A stretch of DNA of 64,000 nucleotides from Candidatus Spongiisociaceae bacterium (GTDB lineage Bacteria; Actinomycetota; Acidimicrobiia; Spongiisociales; Spongiisociaceae): the NCBI GenBank assembly GCA_965243835.1, contig OZ251578.1, positions 732,854-796,853 of the forward strand. Reading direction: 5' to 3'. Within the stretch, counting starts at the first letter, position 1. Each line of letters starts with the position of its first letter. The notes under the pieces are model-generated. The model made no database searches, was not told the origin of the DNA, and saw only the letters and a list, made by a program, of their open reading frames with translations. Shown here one piece after another: positions 62,887 to 64,000 of this stretch. The position numbers and the translations under genes are program-made.

Positions 62887-64000
62887 TTGTGGTGGGCGAG
62901 CGCCGCTTCATCCTGGGGGGATTGGATTACCTTTTTCGCCACCCTGGTGCTGGCCAATCGCATCGGCGGCAACAGCGCGGTGCTGGTGCCGCTGATCAGC
63001 CGCATCGTGCCCGGGTTGGCGCTGGGGTCGTTGGCCGGGGTGGTGGCCGACCGCTACGACCGCAAATTCCTGATGGTGTTTTCGGACCTGGGGCGGGGGG
63101 TGGTGGTGCTGCTGTTCCTGTTCGCGCAGAACCTGGTGATGATCGCGGTCATATCCGCCCTGCTGGAGGTGCTGACGATGATCCGCCAGCCGGCCCGGGA
63201 GGCGGCCATCCCCACCCTGGTGCCGAAAGAGAAGTTGGTGCAGGCCAACAGCCTGTCCCTGGCCGCCGCCTACGGAACCGCCCCGCTGGGGGCGGCCGCT
63301 TGGTCGGGGCTGGCCGCCCTGTTTGCGGTCCTCGGGGCGCTGGGGCCGATCGACCGGGGCCCGGATCTGGCTTTTGCGGTGGACTCCCTCACCTTTTTCG
63401 CCTCCGGGGCGCTGATGCTGACCATTTCCGTTCCCAAGCCGGAGTTGGCCGGGCGGGCCTCCGCCGCCCCCGCCCGCTTCGACTGGCGGCAACCCTTGCG
63501 GGACCTGGTGGACGGGTTCGCCTTCGTGGTGCGCACCGGGTCGGTGCGGCGGGTGGTGCTGGGGATGGCGGTGGCCCTGTTCGGCGGCGGGGCCCTGTTG
63601 CCGTTGGGACAGTCCTTCGCCCGGGACGTGCTGGGGGCGGGGGAGACCGGGTTCGGCTTTCTGGTCACCGCCCTGGGAGCGGGGGTGGGAGTGGGTATGC
63701 TGGGGGTGGCCCTGTTCGGCAACCGGGGTTCCCGGCATGATTTGGCCTACGCCTTGGGTTTGTGCGTGACCGGAATTGCTGTTGGTTTCATGGCCTTCGC
63801 CGAGACCATCTGGGGAGCGTCGGGGTGGAGCATCGTAGCGGGGGCGGGCACCGGGTTCGCCTACGTGATGGGGTTCACCCATCTGCATCACATTGTGGAC
63901 GACACCCTGCGGGGGCGGACCTTCGCCGCCCTGTTCACCCTGGTGCGCAGCGCCATGCTGGTGTCGTTCACGGTGGCGGTGTTGGTGGCCTCCGGCTTGG
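62887..64000 (+). CDS. MFS transporter (MFS_3/EntS-like), 3' end outside the window
   Basis: This frame is not in the supplied track because it runs off the window: ...FARLWWASAASSWGDWITFFATLVLANRIGG...VVADRYDRKFLMVFSDLGRG.... Start is unresolved. There is an in-frame stop at 62827-62829 and the only classical start after it is the TTG at 62887. An ATG at 62724 with a Shine-Dalgarno is in another frame, so a frameshift or assembly error is possible. Confidence 0.7.
   Translation, partial: MWWASAASSWGDWITFFATLVLANRIGGNSAVLVPLISRIVPGLALGSLAGVVADRYDRKFLMVFSDLGRGVVVLLFLFAQNLVMIAVISALLEVLTMIRQPAREAAIPTLVPKEKLVQANSLSLAAAYGTAPLGAAAWSGLAALFAVLGALGPIDRGPDLAFAVDSLTFFASGALMLTISVPKPELAGRASAAPARFDWRQPLRDLVDGFAFVVRTGSVRRVVLGMAVALFGGGALLPLGQSFARDVLGAGETGFGFLVTALGAGVGVGMLGVALFGNRGSRHDLAYALGLCVTGIAVGFMAFAETIWGASGWSIVAGAGTGFAYVMGFTHLHHIVDDTLRGRTFAALFTLVRSAMLVSFTVAVLVASGL

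Noticed and set aside
62583-63740. 385 aa plus-strand ORF listed in the track over the MFS region
   Set aside because: Its translation is Gly/Arg/Pro-rich. The +1 frame relative to it gives a clean multi-TM MFS_3-like sequence that continues to the window end, so the track ORF is the wrong frame. Its ATG at 62724, which has a Shine-Dalgarno, may still mark the true start if a frameshift exists.

Overview
High-GC chromosomal segment of actinobacterial type. The evidence is a WhiB-family regulator and the conserved 'helicase/secretion neighbourhood' (HAD-IB hydrolase, Tad/Flp pilus genes, DEAH-like helicase, topA). All homology calls were made by eye from motifs; no database search was run.

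Core content, in order:
- rpiB and a succinate dehydrogenase operon (sdhCAB)
- whiB and tatA
- an AhpE-like peroxiredoxin, HtrA protease, moaE and an acyl-CoA ligase
- a Liv-type ABC transporter
- a NitT/TauT-type ABC transporter operon ending in a carbon-nitrogen hydrolase
- the Tad locus, zur-znuA-znuB, and a DEAH-like helicase
- an FMN hydroxy-acid dehydrogenase, membrane pyrophosphatase (hppA), a tandem histidine phosphatase, a GT4 glycosyltransferase, topA and a partial MFS transporter

Visibly AT-richer inserts interrupt this core:
- a two-gene type II restriction-modification pair (9381-10900)
- a Fic-domain gene plus a small ORF (21965-23745)
- a 1.7 kb two-gene cassette (DEDDh exonuclease with BRCT, plus a 109 aa ORF) flanked by ~50 bp direct repeats that duplicate the 5' end of the hydrolase gene (24575-26336)
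- about 20 kb between the helicase and topA (40.8-60 kb) that interleaves housekeeping genes with clusters of secreted SLH-domain and Ala-rich envelope proteins

The most unusual signal lies in that last region. Four copies of a conserved upstream module each place a homopolymeric G run (11, 11, 11 and 8 nt) exactly between a TTGACA and a TAGCGT hexamer, directly 5' of envelope-protein genes. Alongside it are two tandem paralogs whose promoter and 5' 356 bp are nearly identical while their 3' ends have diverged, and a truncated third copy. I read this as a candidate slipped-strand (phase-variable) and gene-conversion system for surface proteins. No rRNA, tRNA or CRISPR array was seen.
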